Of a stretch of DNA of 64,000 bases, positions 53,601 through 64,000 are shown one piece after another. The stretch's first letter is position 1, and every line of letters begins with the position of its first letter. This DNA is from Camelus ferus (lineage: Eukaryota): NCBI RefSeq assembly GCF_009834535.1, contig NC_045715.1, positions 22,010,001 to 22,074,000 on the forward strand. The letters run 5' to 3'. The notes beneath the pieces were generated by a model. The model did not search any database. It saw only the letters and a program-made list of their open reading frames with translations, and was not told the DNA's origin. Made by a program: the position numbers and the translations under genes.

Positions 53601-56395
53601 ACAGAAATCCAGTTCTTCCCACTAGTTGACCTGTGTTACAGATACATTGTGGTTCAATTGTTTTTATACATAATTGCTTAAAAATTTGCAATACTTTTTC
53701 TCTCTTGTTACGTAAGTACCTATGTGAAACACTCGGTTATGCCTCTTTATCAAAAAAGCCTAAAATGCTTACTATCAGGCTCTTTACAGGAAAAATTTTC
53801 TGACCCTCGAGCTGGATACTCATACCCGCGCTCGCAGGGGAAGCAGCGTGTGTGCACGTACACTGACGTTACGTAACGGGCCACTGACATGGCTGGTCAG
53901 TGGTAACACCAGGATTTAAACCAGGCAGTTTGGCTGCAGAGTGTGTGCTCCTAAAGGCACATTACCTTCTAGTCCCTTTTGCCCAGCTGTGACACACCCC
54001 CCTCAACAGCACCTCATACCCAAACAAGTGACTTACGTGCCTGTAGAATCTACTGCCACAGCCCGGACCCCACCCCGGTGACAGAGAATCTTCGCCAGTG
54101 GCTCCTTCATGGCTGGGCTCCATAAAGACACAGTCCCTGGACATCAGAGAAGAGCTGAGGTTACTAACAGGGCACTGAGGTGATTAAACCTGGGAAAGAT
54201 GGGGACTCAAAGCCAAGAGGTAACAAGAGAGGGAGGTAAAGGGGCAACTTTAAGCGACTCATGAAATACATGTTTAGAAGAGAAAAGCAGGATGGGTGGT
54301 CAGAATTGACCTCAGCCAAGGACCCACCGTTGCTGTGTCCAAGATGGATGACAGCATTGTAAGGGTTCTGAGTCATGACGTCGAGTCGTCCTGCCCGAGC
54401 ATTCAGAGCGGCCACAATCTTTCCCACGGACACGTCCAAGTATGTGAGAAACCCTGTCTCTGACTATGAGAGAGAGAGAGAGAAAGAGACAGACTGCCTT
54501 CTGGTTTCCCTCTACTGGGGTCCCAGGGGAGGATCAGTCTTCTCAGGGTCTGCCACCCAGTCCCTGTGCTCCACAGCCACTCACAGCTGTGGCCAAGAGG
54601 AAGTGGAAAGGCAGGAACTCAAGGCGTGTGACTCGGTCACAGCGGCGGATGCAGTGGAGCTCAATGCCTTGGTTGTCGTAAATGTGAAGCCAGCGGTTCT
54701 GAGCAACAGCAAGCAGTGCTTCTGAATGCAGAAACCTGGGAGGAGAGAGGAGTGATTCAACATGAAAGGGAGTCACAGGCTATCATTCAATCAGGGATGG
54801 GCTATCTCACCCCACTGACCACCAACAGAGGCCACTGACCGGATGTCCCGCACTGCCTCCATGACGTTGATCTCACACATGAGCTTCTTTGTCACCCAGT
54901 CAAGGGCAGCCACGTGACCCCGGCGCCCTCCAAAAGCCAGGTGTCTGTTGGAGGTAGGGACAGGCAGGGTGTCAATGCAGGGGAGCAATGACCCCTGACT
55001 CAGAGGTCTGCCCCACGCCAGCTCCTCTTCTCCAGGTGAGAGATACTGCTCCACACACTCACCTTCGCATGGAAGCAGATCACAGGACCCTCCCCACATC
55101 AACATCCAAACATACACTGGTATGGCTGAGATGGGCAGGGCTGAAGTGGTTAAGGAGACATGACCACATCCTAGTTCAAGTCATTGGAATTCAACCTTAC
55201 CTCCCAGTTCGAGAGTAATTCAGCCTGTAGGGTCCAAACTGCCTCAAGTTCAAGTCAAAGTGCTGAAAAGGGAATAGTTTAAAAAAAAAAAAAAAAGGCT
55301 CCCTTCAGTAATTTTCTCTTCCACTCCCCACCTCCATCTTGCTCTGCACCACCCATCAACCAATGAGCCCTTTTCCATCCTCAGGCTCACTTTGGCCGCA
55401 CTTGCGATGTCCACGGCCTCCACGATGTCAGCCTGCCGTATCCTTGCCGTGTCCTCCCCATCCTCCCCTTCCAGAAACCTGCAAGCGAGCGTTACAGCTG
55501 CATTAAAGCTTCCTAACATGAAATGGGTGTACAAAAACAAAATGGAGAACTAAGAGCCCCATAAAGCAGGGGACGGAGAGACCCACATTAGGGTCCACTT
55601 ACCCAGGTTCCTCAGCAAGCAGCAGCTCAGAACGAGCAGCTCTCACACTTACTTCCTCTTCCTCAGCTTCAGCTGCCTCCAGTCGGCTTCGGGTTTTGGA
55701 TTTAGAACGTGGCAGCTATCACACGTTAGGGCAGGAGCGAAGAACCAAGGGATATGAGGAGGGTCACAAGAGAGCCACCGGGCCCCGCCCCCATCCAATT
55801 CACTCAGACATTCCCTGCTTGCAACAAGTCCTCACCTTTTTGGATTTGTCAACGCGACGGAACTTCTGAACTACCTCCCCAGGGACGGGGGCGGGGCCTG
55901 CAAATGGGTCCTGTGCCTAGGGCAGAGGAGGCAATTAGCAGACCAACTAGAGTTGACCCCAACCCTCGTACCCTCAAGGCGGAAGGCGAGTTGTCTCGCT
56001 ACCCTGTCAAGTTCCAGGCTCACCCCAGACAAGCTCCGCTGAGGCCCCCGTTCTCGGGGTTTCTTCGGGACCTGAGGCTTTTTGGAGATCCGAGACTTCT
56101 TTCGAATGTGAATGTTCTTTGGCTTCTGGGGGCGGAGCTCTCGATTCCTCTTCAGTTTACGAGGGGGCCCTGGAAAGGCTCCGGCAGCAGTTGGAGGGGT
56201 CTCTTCCTCCCAGTATCGCCGCGGTTTCTACGGGCAGATCAGGAGCCCTGATGTTCCGCGGCCCCTTGCCCCGCCCCTCCAACCCCGCAGCTAAAAACTT
56301 CCCTTCCACCCCAAGGAGGCCTCTACCTTCTTCTTGGCCTGAAGTTTGTCCTTCTTAGGCGGGACATCCCTGCCCAGCTTGGGGGCTGTTTCCAT
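50632..56395 (-). CDS. WDR46: WD repeat protein 46 (Utp7 orthologue, BING4), 15 exons, 609 aa
   Basis: Exons: 56395-56327, 56227-56024, 55916-55836, 55715-55603, 55478-55391, 55262-55201, 54944-54840, 54735-54585, 54463-54328, 54136-54037, 51859-51546, 51412-51318, 51183-51088, 50959-50846, 50733-50632 (1830 nt). [15 protein letters not shown]... to ...SALDRFVR*. Confidence 0.97.
53099..53815. mobile_element. MER58-like hAT element in WDR46 intron 10
   Basis: CAGGGCTTGGCGAACTATGGCCC...GGTTTTTACATTTTTAAGTGGTTG...CTTTACAGGAAAAATTTTCTGACCC. Boundaries approximate. Confidence 0.7.
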
Positions 56396-57060
56396 CTAGC
56401 CCACCCGAAAGACGACGCACGTGCAAATTCTTCTCAGCTGTCCCACAATTGGCTTAAAAACTCCCGGAAGTCCTCCGGTTGCCATCCAATCGGTGCAGCC
56501 CTAGGTCTGAAGCCTTCTAGGCGCCATCTTGAGTGAGGGCGCTCTCTCCACTGAGGGGCGGGGCTGACCCGCCCTCCGGTGAGTCAACTTATGCCTGAGT
56601 AAGAAAAGAGAGTCAGTCCGGAGCCAGGACCCAAGTAACCATGCAGTTTCTTATCCCAGCTTCGTTTCCTCATCTTGCCTAAAGCCTTCCAAGTTTAGCC
56701 TTTTTAGCAGAACGCCACTCATTTAGTATGTTAGAACTACAGTTCCCGGCATGTGCCGGAAGGCAGCTTCCGGCGCCGTCTTTTCCCAGCATTCGTTGTT
56801 TACTTCCGGGTTCACCAGTACTGAAGGGAGAACGTGAGTAGGCCAGGGGTTCCGTTGAGGGGTTTTGGGGGTCTCGGTTTGCCTGCCACCCGCTGGAGAC
56901 GGGGTGGAGTTGATATCCCGGACGAAGAGAAACTGCGGTGCTCCGAGAGACTGCCTCTCAAGAGGGCTGTCATTTCCGCAGGCCAGAAAGAGAGCCCCGG
57001 TACCTTCCAGTGTGAGACCCAGTGCCCCTCTCCGATTCCCTGCAGGCTTTCGTCCCCGCC
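56396..57060. promoter_or_regulatory. WDR46/PFDN6 bidirectional promoter and PFDN6 5' UTR
   Basis: Divergent ATGs 666 nt apart. CCGGAAGT (~56464), CCAAT (~56485), YY1-like GCCATCTTG (~56523), ZNF143-type ACTACAGTTCCC (56736-56747). 5' UTR donor near 56835 and acceptor at 57045. Confidence 0.8.
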
Positions 57061-58058
57061 ATGGCTGAGCTGATCCAGAAGAAGTTACAGGGAGAAGTGG
57101 AGAAATATCAACAGCTACAGAAAGGTAAGGGAGGAGGATCGGTGTGGCCTCGCCCCCATCCCCTCACTTACAACCCAAAGCCATGCCAAGATAATGTGTT
57201 CCGCCCCACCCCCACCCCACCCCTGGGCCCCCGTGTGCGGCCCTTTCCCTCCTCAATACGCTTTACCCATCCACTGACCCGCCGTCCCCATCCTTGTCTG
57301 CTGCTTCAGCTACATTTTCTTGTGGGGGACTTTGGGGGTTGGGTGGCACATTTGATGTCTTGATTTATCAAGTCTTTCCTTCCACCCGCCAGACTTGAGT
57401 AAATCCATGTCAGGGAGGCAGAAGCTAGAGGCACAACTAACAGAAAATAATATCGTGAAAGAGGTGAGAGACTGGGGTTTGTGGGGCGAGGAAGGACTTT
57501 TACGGACAATGATTCTGATCATGTATGTCTCACCCCTCCGTCAGGAACTGGCCCTGCTGGATGGGTCCAACGTGGTCTTTAAACTTCTGGGTCCCGTGCT
57601 GGTCAAACAGGAACTTGGGGAGGCTCGGGCTACAGTGGGGAAAAGGCTAGACTACATCACAGCTGAAATGTGAGTCTTTGTCCCAGCACCCTGTGATGTT
57701 CCTGACACGTTGGAATAGAGGTGTTGAGGAACCACTGCAGAAACCACTGTAGAGTATCTCTCCAGAGTATCCCCGTTACTCAGTTCCTCTAACCCCTTCC
57801 CTTTAACCCCTCTTCTTCTCCCTCCCCTAAAGGTCAGGTTTTCCACCAGTCTCCTTCTTGCCTTAAGCATCCTCAGTAGTAAGTCTCACCAATTTCTCAT
57901 TTGCTTTTTGCCTCTCGTCTCTCCTCAGTAAGCGATATGAATCCCAGCTCCGGGACTTAGAGCGCCAGTCAGAACAACAGAGGGAGACCCTTGCTCAGCT
58001 GCAGCAGGAGTTCCAGCGGGCCCAGGCAGCAAAGGCAGGGGCTCCTGGGAAGGCCTGA
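57061..58058 (+). CDS. PFDN6: Prefoldin subunit 6 (KE2), 4 coding exons, 129 aa
   Basis: Exons 57061-57124, 57393-57463, 57545-57669, 57929-58058 (390 nt). MAELIQKKLQGEVEKY... to ...AGAPGKA*. Confidence 0.97.
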
Positions 58059-58120
58059 CCCCGTGGTGGGGGGAAGGGGAGGGGAGGGAATGAGGCAGCT
58101 CTAGGGTCTATACTGTAGCT

Positions 58121-58126
58121 AATAAA
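58121..58126 (+). terminator. PFDN6 polyadenylation signal AATAAA
   Basis: 63 nt after the stop codon. Confidence 0.8.
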
Positions 58127-58247
58127 ATGTGAAAATACCTGGCCATTTTCTGACCAGCCACCTCTGTCATAATTGTCTCCACCCATTCCCTTGGTCCCTT
58201 CCGCCTTATATATTTACCATCTATGTTAACTCACTCAAGTCCAAATT

Positions 58248-58351
58248 CTTTTTCTTTCTTTTTTTCTTTTTTAATGGAGGTACTGAGGATTGAACCCAGG
58301 ACATCTGCTGGCTAAGCATCCACTCTACCACTGAGCTATACCTACCACCCC
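58248..58351 (-). mobile_element. tRNA-Ala-derived SINE, short-tail form
   Basis: Reverse complement GGTATAGCTCAGTGGTAGAGTGGATGCTTAGCC...GGGTTCAATCCTCAGTACCTCCA plus A tail. Confidence 0.88.
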
Positions 58352-59115
58352 TTCTCAGGTCCAGATTTTTGCACTGGTATCTCTCTGTGGCAAAGTAATC
58401 TTTCTTAAGACTAAAGTCTGAAAAGTCTCAAACCTAATTCTTGCCTGTATATACAATCCTTAACTCCCCCTTGTCTTGGCTGGCATCCTCCTTTAGGAAA
58501 CAAGAGAAGGACATTTACAATGCAACAATTTTGGGGAAAGTGAGTTTAATTGACTAACATACAGTTCTCTAACCTGTGACCCTAGAATGAAACATGGTGA
58601 CCCTCCTTGCTATGATATATCATCCTCAAAAGTCTTAGCATCTTAGTTCTTTTTAATCTCTTTCTTCATAAAATTTGTTTAAATGTAGCTTAAACTGATT
58701 TAAAATCCCAACACACAACGCTCTGTGATATTGTAAGTCCTTGAGGTTTGTACACTGTCCACAAAATTGTTCTTGGATTTCTGTCCAAAAATTGTTTCCT
58801 ACAAATTCCAAGCCAAGGGTGTTCTTCGTACTGATCATTTTAATTGGGTAGCTAGTACTTGACATAGGTCTATGACAACTTAGGAAAATTTAAGAGCAAA
58901 TAAAGAGACCAGGGATAGAGGGGTTACTGGGGAGGAATAAACCATCCTGAGGAAACCGTTTCCACCAACTCCTTGCTTTCAGCTCTTCATGGATAAAAAA
59001 CATTTGGCCCCTCTTGTTCCATGGTGTCTACCTTCAGCCAGCTCCCCACCCCGACTCCCAGCAGCTAGTTCATATGCACTGCAAGGACAGGAGTAGAGTT
59101 CAGGTAGTGTTTTGG

Positions 59116-59121
59116 TTTATT
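59116..59121 (-). terminator. Probable RGL2 polyadenylation signal AATAAA
   Basis: TTTATT on the plus strand, ~430 nt after the stop codon. Confidence 0.6.
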
Positions 59122-59546
59122 AGTGTTGTCACAGTGACAGGAACCCCTAGAGTAGGAAAAGGAAATCCTACTAGAACCTTCTTACTGTTCCCTTTCCCTG
59201 GGGCTAAGAGCTTCTAGGCTTTTCTTCTCCCCCTACTTCTAGGCCCTTCCTTGACCCTTGGCATACTAAGATGTGGCCAGGAATCAGAAACCGATCCCTT
59301 TTTCCAGCACTAGCTGTGCTGAATTCATGGAAAGTGGGGAGCTATACACAGGTATCCAACTTGGTTACCAAGATTACCAATTCCCACAGGGCTGGATATC
59401 CACCGTCTGGTAAACCTGTGGCACTTCACTGCCCCAGGGTGGTTGGCCATCTCTGGATTTTTTTCCCAATGCGGCAACTGCCACCACTCAGGATGGCATG
59501 TCTGGTATGGCCCCCATGAGTTCTGTGAGCCAACAGGGCTTCCTCC

Positions 59547-62500
59547 TCAGAACAGTGCCCGGGCAATCTTCCTCCCTGTGGCCTTGATCCGGGGAAAGGA
59601 ACCCCCTCCTCCCTCGCTTGGGGGAGTTCCTGAGGCAGAGGGGCCACTGGTGAGGCCCAGTGTAGCAGTAGAGGGCCTTCGCCGCTGCCGCAGGAGGAAG
59701 TCGTGTGAAGCTCCATCCATAGCATAAAAGACGTTAGCCGAGGCGGGGATGGTCAGCTCTGTAGGTTCAGAAAGGGGGGATCATGCACATACACAGCTGT
59801 TCCCTGTACAGCCACCCGGATGTGGGTACACTCCCACTGGTGGGCCCTCCCCTCCTCCCCAGTCTGTCTTCCCTTACAGCCTCTGACCTCGCTCCCCTGG
59901 TAGCAGCTGCACTAGCTCATACTCCGAAGCCACCGCAGAATCACGATTATTTTTCTTCAGGACACGGCTGATGACACTTGGAGCCTTGTCCTGGCTTGTC
60001 ACCTGACAGGACAAAAGACCAAAAGGGCAATAAATTGACTATGATGACCTCCGCTTTCCATCCTTTCAACCCCAGCCACTGGACCCAATCAGAAAAGGTT
60101 ACTCATGTCCAACACTTTAGAGTGAACAGGGAAGCCCAACGTGGTAGCTCCCTGTGCTCTACTGGCCAGCTGTTCCCTGTGGGGAAACTGCTGTTGGTTC
60201 AGAAAATCTAATATGACTACCAAAAGTTCAAAGTGCAGCAGCTAATGCAAAGTGACCTTCAAAATAAAACACGGCTGCTACAACCAAAGGTCAGGATTAA
60301 AACTAAAATCATCCTCCCATTTCAAAGGCTGTTCCCCAACAACTACAGTCCCACAGGGTACCATCCTTCACCCCACCTCCCAGCCCACAGCTCCTCACCA
60401 AGATGCTCTTGTAGACACTGCCGTCTTCCCCCAGCTCCATCTGTACTCGGATGATTCGGCAATCAGAGGACCCTGGCCCGGACCCCCCTCCCCCACATCC
60501 AGCCCCACTGGAGGCTGCTTCTGCACCCCCACTGAGCGGAGAGCCACAGGAGGCTGAGCGGCGGTGACCCCGAGAAGGTCTTGGGGAGGAAGCTGGGGGA
60601 GAGAGGTGGCTGGGGTCGGCAGGACTTTGCAGGGATGGAGTGCTTTCCAGGGCGGAGTCCAGAGATGAGACAGATGGCCACTTCATGTGCTGGGGACAAA
60701 CAACATGAGGGAACTGGTGTGAAGGCAAGGAGGTCAAGGAAGAAACATCCATAAAGTCAGGGTCACTGTTGAGGTCAGCAGTCAGGAGCAGAGCTCACCT
60801 GGGCCAGCCGCGTCAGCAGTGGAGCAGGGGTTCCCGGCTCCTCATCTCCCCCTACACTGGGCCGGTCCCAGGAGACTATGTGGGTGGGGCCCCCAACAGA
60901 ACCCAGAACCCTGGAGTGGCAGATTGGGAGGGTCAGAAGAGGAAGAGCAAGTCCCCAAGAGACTGCCCTCCAACCCTGACTCCCTCACTCTGTCCACTGC
61001 GAGATGACCAGTGTTGGCCGAAGCACCCGCGGGGCAGGAGGGTCACTGGTACCAGGTGGCTCCACCTCACAGGACACACGATGGCTGGAAAGGGGGGCAA
61101 TGGGCAGAGGTCAGAACGTGACACACTGATCCCCACACTCAGTCCAGGACCTGAAGTCCCCGCCTCACCCAGCCAGTCACCTCTGGGCCTCTGTCAGTGG
61201 CCGGAGTCCCTGTAGCCACTGCTGGATGTCGGGGTCGGGTCGGAGGTCATAGCCACGACATTCATTCTGGAGCCGCTGCAGCTCAGAAAGGACAGCAAAC
61301 TCCTAGGAAGGAACCCACAGACTGCAGGAGGCAAAACTCAGGGACTCCCAACTCTGCCCTCCCTCTTCCCTTCCTAGGACATGGCCAGGGATGTCCAGCA
61401 TCCAGCCCATGCACTCCCCTCACCTTCCTCCGCTTGTCAAAATTGATGTATCCATTCTGCAAGGAGAAAGGGGATGGGGTAAGCGTCCCAACCCTGCCAT
61501 AGAGAGAATATCCCCTCTCCCAAACACCCACACATCCACATCCAATTCACACTTCACTCGGCCTCTCTGACTCCTCCGGCCCTCCCCCTGGCCCCATCCA
61601 TCATGCCCTAAGCACGCTACCTTCCCCTTTAAACTACACATCACAGGTAGAAATTGTGTCCACTTCACAGATGAGAACATCAGAACTCAGAAAAGATAAG
61701 GAACTTGCCCAAGATCCCAGTATTTGTTTATTTAGCAAACTATCTACATATGCTCACACTTCAGACATGTTCTAAGCACTCACCAAATGTTAATTCATTT
61801 AACTCTCATGGGATAGCAAGTTGATGTAGACACTGCCACTAGTTTCCCATTTACAGACCATTAAGGCACAAAGAAGTTAAATAAACTGGTCAAAGTAACA
61901 GTCTTGTCACTCAGTGCTTATGCCTTGCAGCCCCTTCTGGAAGGTGTGCCTGACCCTGAGGCCCGCTTGTTCCATCATCGCAAACCGCGCATGAGCGCTT
62001 GTGTGCGTGCGCATGCACACGCGCACACACACACACCCCACTGACCTCCAGCTCATCCTTGGAGGCTGCATCCAGCATCACAAGGTCCTTCAAGAAGGTG
62101 CCAAGGTATGGGACTACACCCTGAGGTTAGAGGTGAGAGTCAGTCACCCCCACCACTGATCCGAGGGCTCCCCATCCCTCCGTACTTCCCTATCCCACTG
62201 CCTGAGAAAACAAGTTTAATTCTCCTCACCCAGAGTGCCTCCCCTTCGCATCCAGCAGACTGCTTCCACTCTCCCACATCCCTTACTCCTTCACAGCCAT
62301 CCTCCATTTGTCACTCACCCCACCCCGGAAGCCAGACCTCGGGCCCTTCTTGGAATTCGGCTCTAGAGAGGGTTGCAGCTTCACCTCCTGGTGGTGACAG
62401 AACATTAAGATATGGGGGTGGGAGGGAGGAGCAGGGAGGGCTGGCAATGCCAGGGAATAGGGCCTCACCTGCAGGAGTAGCTCCCGGCTCTGGGAATAAT

Positions 62501-64000
62501 TATCCTCCTCGGAGAAAATCTGGCAGAGGCTGGAGAAGACTCTGAGGCTGTCCCTGGGGGGGGTGGCAGCAGCCTTGAGGATGGGCCTGACTCAGTTCTC
62601 CCCTTCCCCACCCTCACCCCAGCCCAGTGCCCCATCCTCCCCACCTGGTTGTTTCCCCCCAGGCTGCCCGAAGCCTGTGAATGGGGCTGGATTGCAGGGC
62701 CGACACAACAGCATAAACTGAAGAGAAGTTTCGGAGCAGGCGGCACTCCTGTGGGGGTCACAGAGGGAGGCTGCTGCTGTGGGACCTCTTTCCACACCAC
62801 AGTCCCCAAGAGGGCTGGTCCTATCTCTTACTTGTGCCACGCGGATCCACTTCTCCAGGAGCCGGGCCCTCTGAGGGGGACGAAGTGGCCGGACGGTCAC
62901 CTCCCCAGACCGTTCTCCAGCTGAGGTAGCCCCCAGGACAGAGCTGACCACTGCCCCTGCCACCTTGTTGAACTGAGTGACAGTAGCCCGGACAGATGGG
63001 CAGAGGTGGGAATGTCCTGGCCGGTCTCTGTGACCCCACAGGCCCCCCAGACACTGGGAGGGGACCAGATTGAGAAACAGCTCCTGCAGGGCAGAGGTCA
63101 GAGGTTAAATTTCATAGTCAAGTGAGGTCAGCCTTCAAATATCAGGGGTGTGAGGATCTCAAGTGGCCAAGAATCCAGAGGGACACAGGGTTTGAAGGGC
63201 AACAACCAAGGGGAAATGGGGAAAGGTCAAAACTGGGTGGACAGAGGAGACTGGGAGCTGGATCAGGAAGGACTGGAAGCAAGGTAAGGATCTGGAGTCA
63301 GGGACAGGNNNNNNNNNNNNNNNNNNNNNNNNNNNNNNNNNNNNNNNNNNNNNNNNNNNNNNNNNNNNNNNNNNNNNNNNNNNNNNNNNNNNNNNNNNNN
63401 NNNNNNNNNNNNNNNNNNNNNNNNNNNNNNNNNNNNNNNNNNNNNNNNNNNNNNNNNNNNNNNNNNNNNNNNGAGTCCACCCGGGACCGGAGGTTGCGGA
63501 TGAGGTCAGCGCTGTCCCCCCCAACACCCTCCCCAGCTGCATACCCTGTCCGAAGCAAGAAACTCTCAAGCCGGTCAAGCTGACCCTTGACCTCAGAGCC
63601 AAAATCTTCAGGGTGAGAGGCCAGCCAGGTTGACAGTACAGAGATGGCTACCCTGGGAGAAGGGGAATCAGCCAGGGGTCAGATGACAGGCTGCAGCTTG
63701 GGCATAGGGAACCGAGAGGTTAAGGGCCAGGGGTCACTCACCCTTTTGTCCTCTCTAGTTCATCAGTAGGATGAGATTCAAGGGCTTCCAGCCTGGGGAG
63801 GGGAAGAGATTCTATCTGTCCGTTTTTTCCAAACCCCCAGTGGCTTTGACTATTTTGGTGACTATTCTGGCTTTAGAAAGTCCAGACACCTCCATGACCC
63901 TTGGTCTCTTATGACCCTGACCTGTCAGCCACAAGCCCTAGTAGGGCAGGTGTAGAGGTGAAGGCCCGGTGGGTGGCCAGGAAGGCTGCTGTGAAGGTCA
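59547..64000 (-). CDS. RGL2: Ral GDP dissociation stimulator-like 2, 3' portion (5' end outside the window)
   Basis: Exons: >64000-63922, 63792-63742, 63652-(donor in gap), 63083-62832, 62748-62645, 62553-62469, 62387-62319, 62120-62046, 61456-61424, 61302-61181, 61084-60989, 60910-60799, 60689-60399, 60002-59888, 59758-59547. RasGEF motifs [11 protein letters not shown] and [14 protein letters not shown] domain CRIIRVQME..., ends RKIARALF*. Confidence 0.96.
63309..63472. other. Assembly gap (164 N) covering the 3' part and donor of an RGL2 exon
   Basis: Run of N. Confidence 1.

Overview
Mammalian genomic DNA: the gene-dense extended MHC class II region. The repeated tRNA-Ala-like SINE points to a camelid (inference). 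Gene order: RXRB 5' end (-), SLC39A7 (+), HSD17B8 (+), MIR219-1 (+), RING1 (+), an ~18 kb repeat-rich interval, VPS52 (-), RPS18 (+), B3GALT4 (+), WDR46 (-), PFDN6 (+), RGL2 3' part (-). I traced the exons by hand. All complete genes give intact frames (473, 259, 406, 723, 152, 383, 609 and 129 aa). There are three N gaps. No prokaryotic features or CRISPR arrays are present, and I found no clearly new multi-gene system. Best second-look items: (1) a cryptic 5' intron at B3GALT4 that would turn a strong-Kozak short uORF into an 82-aa overlapping ORF; (2) an intact-looking orphan CpG-island promoter upstream of a decayed intron-containing KRAB-C2H2 gene; (3) a CCAAT-rich promoter beyond the VPS52 3' end with a candidate spliced minus-strand transcript carrying a long, once-interrupted frame; (4) two minor-spliceosome (U12) introns in VPS52, one AT-AC; (5) an old HTATSF1 retrocopy; (6) a poly-Ala uORF in RING1. 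Orthology statements rest on recalled human sequences, not on database searches.
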